A stretch of DNA of 64,000 bases from an uncultured Clostridia bacterium. Lineage in GTDB: Bacteria > Bacillota > Clostridia > Christensenellales > CAG-917. The DNA lies in the NCBI GenBank assembly GCA_944332815.1, contig CALVKQ010000003.1, forward strand, positions 72,419 to 136,418. Reading direction: 5' to 3'. Position numbers and translations under genes: made by a program. Shown piece after piece: positions 8,873 through 17,548 of this stretch (position 1 is the stretch's first letter; each line of letters begins with the position of its first letter). The notes under the pieces are model-generated. The model ran no database searches and was not told the origin of the DNA. It was given only the letters and a program-made list of their open reading frames with translations.

Positions 8873-10840
8873 TCATTCTCCCGTGACGGGCGTTTCGCCT
8901 TTGAGCATAGCGACGAAAGTCGCCTCGTCAATGACGCGGACGCCGAGTTTCTTCGCCTTATCCAGCTTGCTTCCGGCGTCTTCGCCGGCGACCACAAGGT
9001 CCACCGTCTTGGAAACCGAGGACGCGACTTCGCCGCCGTTTTCTTCTATGAGCGCGGTCGCTTCCCCTCGCTTGTAGGTGGGCAGCGACCCGGTGAGCAC
9101 CAGACGCATACCGGTGAAGACCCCCGTCTTCTTCTCCGCTTCGCGCACGGTCACGCCGGCAGCATACAGTTCGGAAAGGAATTTTTCGCCGCTGCCGTCC
9201 GCAAAATAAGCGATGATGTTGTCTGCAAGCACTCCCCCTATCCCGTCCACGGAGGTGAGTTCTTCCCTGCTTGCACGAGCGAGAGCGTCAAAGGTGCGGA
9301 AGCGCGCGGCAAGGTCTTTTGCGGTCTTTTTGCCTATGCCGTCTATGCCGAGAGCAAACAGCAGCCTGTCCATGGTGGTAGTTTTGGCGGCGTTGACGGC
9401 GGCGATGAGGTTCTCCGCTTTTTTATCTCCGAAGCGGTCGAGGTCGGCGATGTCCTCTTTTTTGAGGGACATCAGCTGCACGGGGGAGGTCATGTGAAGT
9501 TCGTTGTAAAACTGCTCCGCCGTCTTTTCCGAAAACCCTTCGATGTCCATGGCGTCTTTGGATGCAAAATGGTCGAGATAGGAAACTATCTGCGGCGCAC
9601 AGTGCTCGCCCGTGCAGTAGAGGAATGCTCCCTCCTCTTTCACGGGAGCTCCGCACGCAGGACACACCGACGGTTTTTCGACGTCGCGCGCGCCCGGAAC
9701 TTCCTCCGCCACTCCCGTTATCTCGGGGATGACGTCGTTGCTGCGGCGGATGAACACTCTGTCGCCTATGCGCACCTTCTTTTTGAGGATATCGCCGTAA
9801 TTGTTCAGCGTGGCGCGCCGGACGGTGACTCCGCCTATATCCACGGGGTCGAGGATGGCGAGCGGATTGAGTTTCGCGCTCCTGGACACCTGCCACACCA
9901 CGTCGCGCAGCACGGTGGTCATCTCGTCCGCCTTGAACTTATAGGCGATCGCCCATTTGGGGAATTTCTCCGTGTAGCCTATCTCGTCGCGCAGCGCGGT
10001 GTCGTTCACTTTGAAGACCACGCCGTCGATAAGAAAGTCCAGGGAGGGACGCAGTTCTTCCACCTTTTTTGCAAAAGCGAAGGCTTCATCCACGCCTTTT
10101 AACAACGTAAAGTCGCTTTCCGTTTCAAAACCTTCCTCTTTCAAAAAGTCGTGCATCTCAGACTGCGAGGCGAAATGCCGGTCGCTGTAACCTATGTTGT
10201 ACGCCATGAAAGTGAGGTGACGGGACGCCGTGACCGCAGGATCAAGATTGCGGATGGCGCCTGCCGCGCCGTTGCGCGCGTTTTTGAGGGGCTCCGCGCT
10301 CGACAGATTATACGCCGCAAGCGCGCTCAGCTTCATTATGCCCTCTCCTTGCACCTCTATCCTGCCCTTATAGCTTATCCTGCGCGGCACGCCTTCTATC
10401 GTTCTGACCTGCGCGGTGACCTCCTCGCCCGTCACGCCGTCGCCGCGAGTGGCGGCTTTCACCATCTCCCCGTTTTCGTAAAGGATGTTGAGCGTGAGCC
10501 CGTCAAACTTGTATTCAGCGGTGAGTTCCGGCTCTCTGCCCACGGCTTTTAAGATGCGGTCGTGCCAGTCCGCAAGTTCCCCTTCCGTCTTGCACTTGTC
10601 CAGGCTGTAAAGACGGAGAAGGTGTCTGGACTGCTCGAACTTCTTTTGCGGAGCGCCGCCCACCCGGTGCGTGGGAGAATTTTTGAGGGAGTAGCCTTCG
10701 CTCTCTTCCAGCGCACGCAGTTCGTCGTACAGCGCGTCGTATTCCGCGTCCGAAACGGTGGGCGCGTCCTCCTCGTAATAGAGCGCGGCGTATTTGTTGA
10801 GCAGCTCCACGAGCTCTTTCATTCTGTCGTAAGGTTTCAT
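8873..10840 (-). CDS. ligA: NAD-dependent DNA ligase
   Basis: 655 aa. Adenylation motif EYKFDGLT, a Cys4 zinc finger (CPACGAP...C..EHC), HhH repeats and a C-terminal BRCT-like end. Confidence 0.93.
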   Translation of the reverse strand: MKPYDRMKELVELLNKYAALYYEEDAPTVSDAEYDALYDELRALEESEGYSLKNSPTHRVGGAPQKKFEQSRHLLRLYSLDKCKTEGELADWHDRILKAVGREPELTAEYKFDGLTLNILYENGEMVKAATRGDGVTGEEVTAQVRTIEGVPRRISYKGRIEVQGEGIMKLSALAAYNLSSAEPLKNARNGAAGAIRNLDPAVTASRHLTFMAYNIGYSDRHFASQSEMHDFLKEEGFETESDFTLLKGVDEAFAFAKKVEELRPSLDFLIDGVVFKVNDTALRDEIGYTEKFPKWAIAYKFKADEMTTVLRDVVWQVSRSAKLNPLAILDPVDIGGVTVRRATLNNYGDILKKKVRIGDRVFIRRSNDVIPEITGVAEEVPGARDVEKPSVCPACGAPVKEEGAFLYCTGEHCAPQIVSYLDHFASKDAMDIEGFSEKTAEQFYNELHMTSPVQLMSLKKEDIADLDRFGDKKAENLIAAVNAAKTTTMDRLLFALGIDGIGKKTAKDLAARFRTFDALARASREELTSVDGIGGVLADNIIAYFADGSGEKFLSELYAAGVTVREAEKKTGVFTGMRLVLTGSLPTYKRGEATALIEENGGEVASSVSKTVDLVVAGEDAGSKLDKAKKLGVRVIDEATFVAMLKGETPVTGE

Positions 10841-13035
10841 GCTTGCTCCTTGACGATACTAAGGCTGTTTATGGCAATGGAGAGCGCAAAGCGTTTTACG
10901 CCCAGTCCTTCGAACTCTATCGCAGCGGTCTTGTTTTCGCCTTCTCCTATCGTTTCGCGAACTATGCCGCGCCCGAATTTTCTGTGTTCAACCACTGTGC
11001 CTTTGACGAACTCCGAGTAATCGGGAGCGTCCGCACGCTTGGGCGGCGCGGACACGAACACCGGAGAGGCTTTCGTGCCGGGACGCGCGAAGTTCTGCGC
11101 GCTCTCCGTCTTTTTCGGGGCGAAGTATCCGCCGCTTATCCTGACGGACGCCCTGTCCCCTCTCATCTCGGCGATGAACCTGCTCTTGGGATTGTTCTCC
11201 ACTTTGCCGAAACGGAAACGCGAATGCGCGGAAAGCACGTAAAGCCGACGTTTTGCGCGCGTTACCGCAACGTACATCAGCCGCCTCTCTTCCTCCACGT
11301 CACCGTTGAAAACTGCTGCGGAGGTGGGGAAAACGCCCTCTTCCAGCCCCACGATGAACACGTCGTCGAACTCCAACCCCTTCACCGCATGGACGGTGGC
11401 GATGGTCACGTAATTCTCTTCGTTCATCTCGTCGGAATCGGACACGAGGGAAACGGACTGCATGAAATCGGACATCGTGGCGTCCGGGTTGTCATCCACG
11501 AAATTTTTGACGGCGGCGACCAGCCCTTCGATGTTCTCGTAACGGTTCCTGTCCTCGGGATCCTCGCTGTTTTTCAGCGCGTCTTCTATTCCGCTCGCCG
11601 TGATGACATACTGCATGAAATCCGTGGGCGACATCTCATTAATTGCGTTACAGATGTTCTCCACCACGGTGAGGAACCTGCCCGTTTTCTTTTCGGAAGC
11701 GGGGCTCAACATACCCCCTTTCCTCAACACTTCGAGATAGGATATCCCGTTATGCTGCGCAGCCATAGCCACTTCCGCCACCGCCGACGCGCCTATCCCT
11801 CTGCGCGGATAATTAACCACGCGCAGGAAGGCGTCGTTGTCACCGGGATTGACGGCAAGACGGACGTATCCGAGGGTGTCTTTTATTTCCTTACGCTCAA
11901 AATATCTGAAACCGCCGAACACCTTGTAAGGGATGCCGTGCAGGGTGAAACTCTCTTCAAACAGACGCGTAAGCGAGTTCGCTCTGACCAACACCGCCAT
12001 GTCGCGGTAGTTCTCTCCGCCGCGCTCCAAGTGGCTTATGATCCGCGTCACATACTCCGCCTCGTCGCGGTCGTTGCGCGCGTCGTAGTACTCCACTTCG
12101 TAGCCGTCGCCGAGCGCGCTCCACAACGTCTTTTCGTTGCGTTCGGCGTTATGCTTTATGACGTTGTTCGCCGCGGTGAGGATATTTTTAGTGCTGCGGT
12201 AGTTCTGTTCCAGCTTATAGATCTTCGCGCCTTTGAAGTCCTGTTTGAAATCTAATATATTGCGGATCTCCGCGCCGCGCCAACTGTAAATGCTCTGGTC
12301 TTCGTCGCCCACCACGAACACGTTGCCCCACTTCGCGGCAAGCATCCTGACCAGCTTATATTGCAGTCGGTTGGTGTCCTGGAATTCGTCCACGTTTATG
12401 TAGCGGAACCTGTTCTGCCATCTTTCCAAAACGTCCGGGCACTTTTCGAAAAGGTCTACCGTCTTCAACAGCAGGTCGTCAAAGTCCATGGCGTTGCTGT
12501 TTTTGAGTTCCTGCTCGTAAGCGCGGTAAACAAGCGCGACGGTGCGCGCGTCAGTCACGACGTCTTTGATCTCCTCGTAATACTCGTCGGGAGGGAGCGC
12601 CGCGGTCTTGGCGCGCGAGATGTGGTCGAGATAACTGCCCTTGCGTTTTACGTCCGCGCCCTGCACGGAGTCGCATACCCTCTTTACGACGCGCTCGCTT
12701 TCCAGTTCCGTGTAAATGGTGAAGTCGCGAGTGTAACCCAACCTTTCCGCATCCATGCGCAGCATACGCGCGCACATGGAATGGAAGGTGCTGGTCCAAA
12801 CGCTCACGGAGTCGCCGAGCACGCCCTCTATGCGCTCCTTCATCTCCCCTGCCGCCTTGTTGGTGAAGGTTATGGCGAGGATGTTGTAGGGCGAAACGCC
12901 CGAATCCACGAGCGCGCATATCCTTGCCGTCAACACTCGCGTCTTGCCGCTGCCTGCGCCGGCAATGACCAATATCGCGCCGTCTTTGTCCTCCACGGCG
13001 GCTGTCTGTTGTGGATTCAATCCGAAATCTCGCAT
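10837..13035 (-). CDS. pcrA: ATP-dependent DNA helicase PcrA/UvrD family
   Basis: 732 aa. Walker A AGAGSGKT and VDEFQDTN. Forms the classic pcrA-ligA pair. Confidence 0.9.
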   Translation of the reverse strand: MRDFGLNPQQTAAVEDKDGAILVIAGAGSGKTRVLTARICALVDSGVSPYNILAITFTNKAAGEMKERIEGVLGDSVSVWTSTFHSMCARMLRMDAERLGYTRDFTIYTELESERVVKRVCDSVQGADVKRKGSYLDHISRAKTAALPPDEYYEEIKDVVTDARTVALVYRAYEQELKNSNAMDFDDLLLKTVDLFEKCPDVLERWQNRFRYINVDEFQDTNRLQYKLVRMLAAKWGNVFVVGDEDQSIYSWRGAEIRNILDFKQDFKGAKIYKLEQNYRSTKNILTAANNVIKHNAERNEKTLWSALGDGYEVEYYDARNDRDEAEYVTRIISHLERGGENYRDMAVLVRANSLTRLFEESFTLHGIPYKVFGGFRYFERKEIKDTLGYVRLAVNPGDNDAFLRVVNYPRRGIGASAVAEVAMAAQHNGISYLEVLRKGGMLSPASEKKTGRFLTVVENICNAINEMSPTDFMQYVITASGIEDALKNSEDPEDRNRYENIEGLVAAVKNFVDDNPDATMSDFMQSVSLVSDSDEMNEENYVTIATVHAVKGLEFDDVFIVGLEEGVFPTSAAVFNGDVEEERRLMYVAVTRAKRRLYVLSAHSRFRFGKVENNPKSRFIAEMRGDRASVRISGGYFAPKKTESAQNFARPGTKASPVFVSAPPKRADAPDYSEFVKGTVVEHRKFGRGIVRETIGEGENKTAAIEFEGLGVKRFALSIAINSLSIVKEQA

Positions 13036-13164
13036 GAGGATATGTTACCACAAAACGTGCCGAATTACAATTGTAATCGCAGGGCTAATTGCACCGCGTA
13101 CTTTTTCTCGCCCATGCAAAATGTCCGCGCGAGAAAAAAACGACACTTCTTTTGCTAATGTGTG

Positions 13165-13193
13165 TTGAAATATCATTTTCAATATGATATCAT
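13165..13193 (+). promoter_or_regulatory. Candidate sigma-70 promoter for the 13224 gene
   Basis: TTGAAA, 17-nt spacer, TGaTATCAT, about 30 nt upstream of GGAGGA and the ATG. Confidence 0.4.
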
Positions 13194-13223
13194 AATTATG
13201 ATTTATCTTTCGGAGGATGAATT

Positions 13224-14687
13224 ATGGCGGAATTTTTGGATTTTTATAAGGACATCGTCTTTCTCGACAGCGAGCTCGAACCCGATGACGCAAGCGCGCC
13301 CGTAGGCGATCTCATCACCGTCGACGACGAAGGCAGAGCGTATAAGGCTGAGCCTGCTCCCACCTTCGACACCGCGCCCGTCTTCCCCACTGCCGAGGAG
13401 AGTTACGCCCCCGTGCAGTCGCAGCCCGTCGAGGAACAGCCTGCCGCGGAAGAACCTGCCGTGGAGCAACCTGTCGAGGCCGTTGAGGAACAGCCCGACA
13501 AGTCCGACGCCGAAGGCGATCTGAGCGCCGCGCTTGCCGCAAATGTCGATGCGTACTTTGCAAACGCCGACGAGGAGCAAGCAGAGCCCTCCCCTGCGGA
13601 AAACGAAACCGCTGAACAGGAATTGCAGCTTGCAGCCGAAGCGCCCATCCCTGCCGCGGAAGAAGCGGAGGTAGCGCCGGTCGAAGAGGAAGCCGTCGCG
13701 CCTGCTCCGGAAGAAACGCCAGTCACGGGATCTGCCGCTGCGGCGGTCGCGGAAGAGCCCGTTGCCGAGGAAGAAGAAGCGCCCGCGCCCGTGCAGACCG
13801 CTCCCAAGAAAAAAGCAAAGACGGAGTCGCACGTGATATTCCAGTCGGCTTCAGACGGCGGCGATCTGTGGGGCAACGCCGTTATAAAGACTTCCAAGCC
13901 CAAAGCGGAGAAGAAACCCGAGCCCGTGGCGGAAGAGGAAGAAGCCCTGCCCAAACCCAAGAAATCCGCGGCAAAGAAGGCTGCGCCCTCCTCTGCCGAG
14001 GTCAATAAGGAGGAAACCAAAGTGGCTAAAGAAAAAGCAACGTCCGACAAGACCAAAAAGGACGCGGCAAAACCGGCTGCGAAGCCTGCCGAGAAGAAAG
14101 CTGCGGCAAAGGCAGCTCCGGCAAAAGAAACCGCTTCCGCAAAGAAGAGCGCAGCAAAAGCGGCTCCTGCGGAGGAAAAGGCTGCCGCGAAGAAGACGGC
14201 GGCTAAACCTGCCGCAAAGCCTGTCGCGAAACCCGTCGTCAAAGAGGAAACCAAGCCTGCCGAACAAGTCATCGAAGCCGGCGACGACAGCGCGCCTCAC
14301 GGGAAGTTCATCATCAAAAAGACGGACAAGGGCAATTTCGTCTACAAGCTCTACTCTTCCAATTACAGAGTGGTCGCGATAGGCGCAGGGCTCTACACTT
14401 CCATATCCAACTGCAAGACGGGCATCAACAGCGTGCGCAACAACGCCGCCACCGCCCCCATCGAGGATCAGACCCTCCAAAAATGGGAGGAACTCAAATT
14501 CCCGAAGTGGCAGATCTACACCGACAAACAGGGTGAGATCCGCCTCAGACTGCTCGCCTCCAACGGCAATATCGTCGCCACCACCAACGACGGCTATCTC
14601 TCCAAGGAAGCCGCCAAGAAGGGCATCGCGGCGATCGCTCGCGCAGCGAAAGGCGCAGCCATCGTCCGCAACGACGATCTGTGGTGA
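13224..14687 (+). CDS. Low-complexity protein: acidic E/A/P-rich block, then a basic AKKAA/KPAAK block, ending in two DUF1508 (YegP-like) domains
   Basis: 487 aa with GGAGGA upstream. The C-terminal halves HGKFIIKKTDKGNFVYKLYSSNYRVVAIGAGLYTSISNCKTGINSVRNNA and WQIYTDKQGEIRLRLLASNGNIVATTNDGYLSKEAAKKGIAAIARAA match the YegP/DUF1508 repeat pattern. Confidence 0.75.
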   Translation: MAEFLDFYKDIVFLDSELEPDDASAPVGDLITVDDEGRAYKAEPAPTFDTAPVFPTAEESYAPVQSQPVEEQPAAEEPAVEQPVEAVEEQPDKSDAEGDLSAALAANVDAYFANADEEQAEPSPAENETAEQELQLAAEAPIPAAEEAEVAPVEEEAVAPAPEETPVTGSAAAAVAEEPVAEEEEAPAPVQTAPKKKAKTESHVIFQSASDGGDLWGNAVIKTSKPKAEKKPEPVAEEEEALPKPKKSAAKKAAPSSAEVNKEETKVAKEKATSDKTKKDAAKPAAKPAEKKAAAKAAPAKETASAKKSAAKAAPAEEKAAAKKTAAKPAAKPVAKPVVKEETKPAEQVIEAGDDSAPHGKFIIKKTDKGNFVYKLYSSNYRVVAIGAGLYTSISNCKTGINSVRNNAATAPIEDQTLQKWEELKFPKWQIYTDKQGEIRLRLLASNGNIVATTNDGYLSKEAAKKGIAAIARAAKGAAIVRNDDLW

Positions 14688-14845
14688 CCCACAAAAGCGG
14701 CTTTAAGCCAAAATACATATGAGCCTACGGGCACAGCCATTCAAATGATGCGGCACACTCCCGTCTGTCCGATTTCGGACTAGCCGCACAGGCACGAAGG
14801 AAGAAGGGGTTTTCCCGAAACACAAAAGAGGGCGTTTGCCCACCC

Positions 14846-14876
14846 GATCCCTGCTCACATGAGCAGGGATCTTTTT
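14846..14876 (+). terminator. Rho-independent terminator
   Basis: GATCCCTGCTC-acat-GAGCAGGGATC followed by TTTTT. Confidence 0.75.
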
Positions 14877-14981
14877 CTGACACAAACAGCCGCACAGAAA
14901 ACCATTCTCTGCGCGACCGCTCTGAGTTGCCGCATTTCCGACGATGACTTTTCGCACCGACTTGCGCCGTGCTTTTATACA

Positions 14982-15055
14982 TCAGCCTCGGGTAAGGCTC
15001 CCTCCGACTCATGCTATGGAAAATCCCACTCTTTAGAGTGGGATTTCGCTGGCGG
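14982..15055. repeat. 74-bp direct repeat, distal copy (tRNA-Ser downstream flank plus terminal TGGCGG)
   Basis: 70/74 identical by hand count to 17266-17339. Includes a copy of the tRNA terminator hairpin (15020-15046). Confidence 0.9.
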
Positions 15056-15120
15056 CGAGTTATCGCCCTTGTACGAACTTTGAACTATCCATAAAATACT
15101 TCATGGGATGCTCGGCTTGT

Positions 15121-15149
15121 TTTACTTTGGAGATTATTTGTGATATAAT
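15121..15149 (+). promoter_or_regulatory. Candidate promoter of the DUF262 cassette
   Basis: TTTACT, 17-nt spacer, TGaTATAAT (extended -10), 25 nt upstream of the ORF start. Confidence 0.5.
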
Positions 15150-15173
15150 AAATCAAAATAAACCTGTTGAAAA

Positions 15174-17003
15174 GTGAGTGACTTTATGGCAATCAATATA
15201 GCTCCCAAGTCTTTGGATACTGAATTAAGTGAGTTGTTGCGCGGAGTTGCAAATGGAAAGATTCAATTACCCGACTTTCAGCGCAATTGGACTTGGGATG
15301 ATAATAGAATCAAAGGTATTCTTGCAAGTCTGTCACAGGGTTACCCTATGGGGGCGATCATGTGTTTGGAGTACGGAAACGAAAATATTCGTTTTAAGTA
15401 TCGCACTATTGAAGGAGTTCCTGCCATGGGGGTGGAGCCTGACTTGCTTATATTGGACGGTCAACAAAGATTGACATCCATGTATGGGGTTGCTTATTCG
15501 AAAAATGCGGTGCGTACAAAAACCGAAAAGGGCAAAGACGTCCAAAGATTCTATTATTTTGATATAAACAAATGTCTTGACGAAAGCGAAGACCGCCTTG
15601 ACGCGATTATCGCCGTCCCAGCAGATAAAAAATTGAAGACAAACTTTGATCGCGATATCATTTTGGATTTGTCTAAAAAAGAATTGGAATACGAGCATGA
15701 AATGTTCCCTATAAACATCATTTTCGACAGCAGCGCAAGAGAAGACTGGGCGGACGGGTACAAAGAATACTATCAATACAATAAGGTGATCCTTGATAAA
15801 TATAAAAAATTCAGAGTTGAGGTTATCGAAACCATTACCGGCTATAAGCTGCCCGTAATTACTTTGGACAAAGAAACTCCTCGCGAAGCTGTTTGCAAAG
15901 TTTTTGAAAACGTGAACACAGGCGGAGTTCCTCTTACGGTTTTTGAGCTTGTTACGGCGACCTATGCAACATACAAATTTGATTTGCGAAAAGACTGGGA
16001 AAAGTGTAGGGATATTATTCGCGGAAAAGGGATCCCTCTTGTAACAGATATAATGTATGGAGTTGATGAAACAGCATTCCTAACTGCCATCACTCTTTAC
16101 ACGACATATCGCGCAAGCTCCATGACCACATGTAAAAAGAAAGACGTTCTTTCGTTGTCATTTGAAGACTACAAGAAAAACAGAGACGCTGTATTGAACG
16201 GTTACAAGATGGCAAGAGCCTTTCTGTTTAGTCAATATGTGTTCAGAATGCGCGATTTACCTTATACTACGCAACTCATCCCCTTGGTCGCTATATGTGC
16301 CGAAATCGGAACTCACATGTTTAACCAGCCGCAAACGCAGAAAATTTTATCTCAATGGTTTTGGTGTGGAATCATGGGCGAAATGTATGGCGGCGCCAAC
16401 GAAACAAGATATGCGAACGATATAGAGGATATGGTCGCCGCCATTCGCGGACAGGGTGGTCAAAACAGGACAATAAATGCCGCTTGGTTTTCTGCCACAA
16501 GACTCCTTTCGCTGCAAACCCGAAACAGCGCCGCATACAAAGGTATAATGGCTTTGGTTTATAGGGAAAGTTGCAAAGATTTTGTAAAAGGCACCACGAT
16601 GGACATTGTAAAGAGCATGGAAGACGCCCCTGACATACACCATATTTTCCCCGAGGCATATAGCGAATCTATGGGATACAAGAAAGAGAAATGGAACTCA
16701 ATCATCAATAAGACGCCACTGTTGCCTGAATCCAATCGTCAAATCGGAGGCGACGCACCCAGCAAATACAGCAGGAAGATAATCAAACATGCACAAATTA
16801 GTGAGGCTGAATTGAGAACTCGCGTTGAGTCTCATCTTATAAACTACGATTACTTTATCCAAGATGATTTCGACAATTATTTTGTCGAGCGTGCAAAGGC
16901 AATATTGACCGTAATCGAACGCGCAATGGGTAAGAAAATCGCAAACAAAGCATCAGAAGAGACGATAAACGCATACGGCTGTAGTCTTGAAGATACTATC
17001 TAA
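15174..17003 (+). CDS. DUF262 (ParB/Srx-like NTPase) plus a C-terminal HxxP His-Me nuclease (DUF1524-like); GmrSD/SspE/BrxU-family type IV restriction candidate
   Basis: 609 aa. N-terminal motifs QLPDFQRNWTWD and LILDGQQRLTS. C-terminal DIHHIFPEAY...NSIINKTPLLPESNRQIG. Visibly more AT-rich than its neighbours. GTG start at 15174, alternative ATG at 15186. Confidence 0.8.
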   Translation: MSDFMAINIAPKSLDTELSELLRGVANGKIQLPDFQRNWTWDDNRIKGILASLSQGYPMGAIMCLEYGNENIRFKYRTIEGVPAMGVEPDLLILDGQQRLTSMYGVAYSKNAVRTKTEKGKDVQRFYYFDINKCLDESEDRLDAIIAVPADKKLKTNFDRDIILDLSKKELEYEHEMFPINIIFDSSAREDWADGYKEYYQYNKVILDKYKKFRVEVIETITGYKLPVITLDKETPREAVCKVFENVNTGGVPLTVFELVTATYATYKFDLRKDWEKCRDIIRGKGIPLVTDIMYGVDETAFLTAITLYTTYRASSMTTCKKKDVLSLSFEDYKKNRDAVLNGYKMARAFLFSQYVFRMRDLPYTTQLIPLVAICAEIGTHMFNQPQTQKILSQWFWCGIMGEMYGGANETRYANDIEDMVAAIRGQGGQNRTINAAWFSATRLLSLQTRNSAAYKGIMALVYRESCKDFVKGTTMDIVKSMEDAPDIHHIFPEAYSESMGYKKEKWNSIINKTPLLPESNRQIGGDAPSKYSRKIIKHAQISEAELRTRVESHLINYDYFIQDDFDNYFVERAKAILTVIERAMGKKIANKASEETINAYGCSLEDTI

Positions 17004-17065
17004 AACAAGCATTCTTTGAATAAATAGATTCTTTGCGTTTTGTTACGATGCCTAAGTAATCAATA

Positions 17066-17106
17066 GCAAAAAATAATACGAACTCGTTTCCAGAGTTCGT
17101 ATTATT
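17066..17106 (-). terminator. Hairpin plus T-run, a terminator in the minus (tRNA) orientation
   Basis: 14-bp arms AATAATACGAACTC / GAGTTCGTATTATT. The T-run is present only when read on the minus strand, right after the 21-nt tRNA 3' fragment. Confidence 0.6.
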
Positions 17107-17112
17107 CCCTAA

Positions 17113-17133
17113 TGGCGGAGGAGGAGGGATTCG
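17113..17133. repeat. 21-nt duplicate of the tRNA-Ser 3' end (att-like scar)
   Basis: TGGCGGAGGAGGAGGGATTCG is identical to 17334-17354. Confidence 0.9.
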
Positions 17134-17265
17134 TAAGGAGCGCAAAGCGCGACGGAACAGCGAGGATGTGAGGGGAAACGGGGCGATGTTCGGAATTTTC
17201 GTCGGCGTGCCGTAAAATCTACGGGAGATGTGCGAGGAATAGCGTTTTCCTCCGAACAACTCGCG

Positions 17266-17339
17266 TCAGCCTCGGGTAAGAATCTCTCCGACTCATGCTA
17301 TGGAAAATCCCACTCTTTAGAGTGGGATTTTGCTGGCGG
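17266..17339. repeat. 74-bp direct repeat, tRNA-proximal copy
   Basis: Pairs with 14982-15055. Overlaps the last 6 nt of tRNA-Ser. Confidence 0.9.
17304..17331 (-). terminator. Hairpin directly downstream of tRNA-Ser
   Basis: AAAATCCCACTC-taaa-GAGTGGGATTTT, 2 nt after the CCA end. Confidence 0.6.
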
Positions 17340-17426
17340 AGGAGGAGGGATTCGAACCCTCGAACCGCTTTTGACGGTTACACGATTTCCAGTCGTGCGC
17401 CCTCGACCAAACTAGGCGACTCCTCC
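17334..17426 (-). tRNA. tRNA-Ser (anticodon GGA), CCA encoded
   Basis: Hand fold: acceptor GGAGGAG/CTCCTCC, anticodon stem CACGA/TCGTG with loop CTGGAAA, long variable arm (class II), T arm GAGGG-TTCGAAT-CCCTC, discriminator G, CCA. Confidence 0.93.
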
Positions 17427-17548
17427 GTGTGCGCGACGCTCTCGCGTTGCACTTATTAAAGTGGGTGGCAGTTGGATGAGGCGGAACACAAGACCGCTCT
17501 ATCCAACTGTCGATCGTGGGGCGACGCCCCTTGAAACCCAACGAAACG

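Noticed and set aside
13203-14480. Minus-strand ORFs (209, 289 and 209 aa) across the DUF1508 gene.
   Set aside because: They are reverse-frame images of the GAA/GCC/AAG low-complexity repeats (poly-F/S/A/G peptides). The plus-strand frame has the SD, the start and recognisable C-terminal domains.
14780-14815. CAGGCACGAAGGAAGAAGG, which superficially resembles the SRP-RNA domain IV motif (CAGGUCCGGAAGGAAGCAGC).
   Set aside because: The flanks cannot form the required helix around a GNRA loop, and the conserved AGCA/GGAA geometry is missing. I judge it a chance similarity.
16996-17259. 87-aa minus-strand ORF spanning the islet/tRNA scar region.
   Set aside because: It crosses the terminator hairpin and the 21-nt tRNA fragment (read as PPPPPL), and it has no SD and no motif.
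17461-17541. Second tRNA gene in the tRNA-Ser leader, suggested by the AGTTGGATAGAGC D-arm-like string.
   Set aside because: No cloverleaf can be drawn. The would-be T arm has a 3-nt loop and the anticodon stem does not pair. At best it is a decayed relic, kept only as a note in the leader finding.
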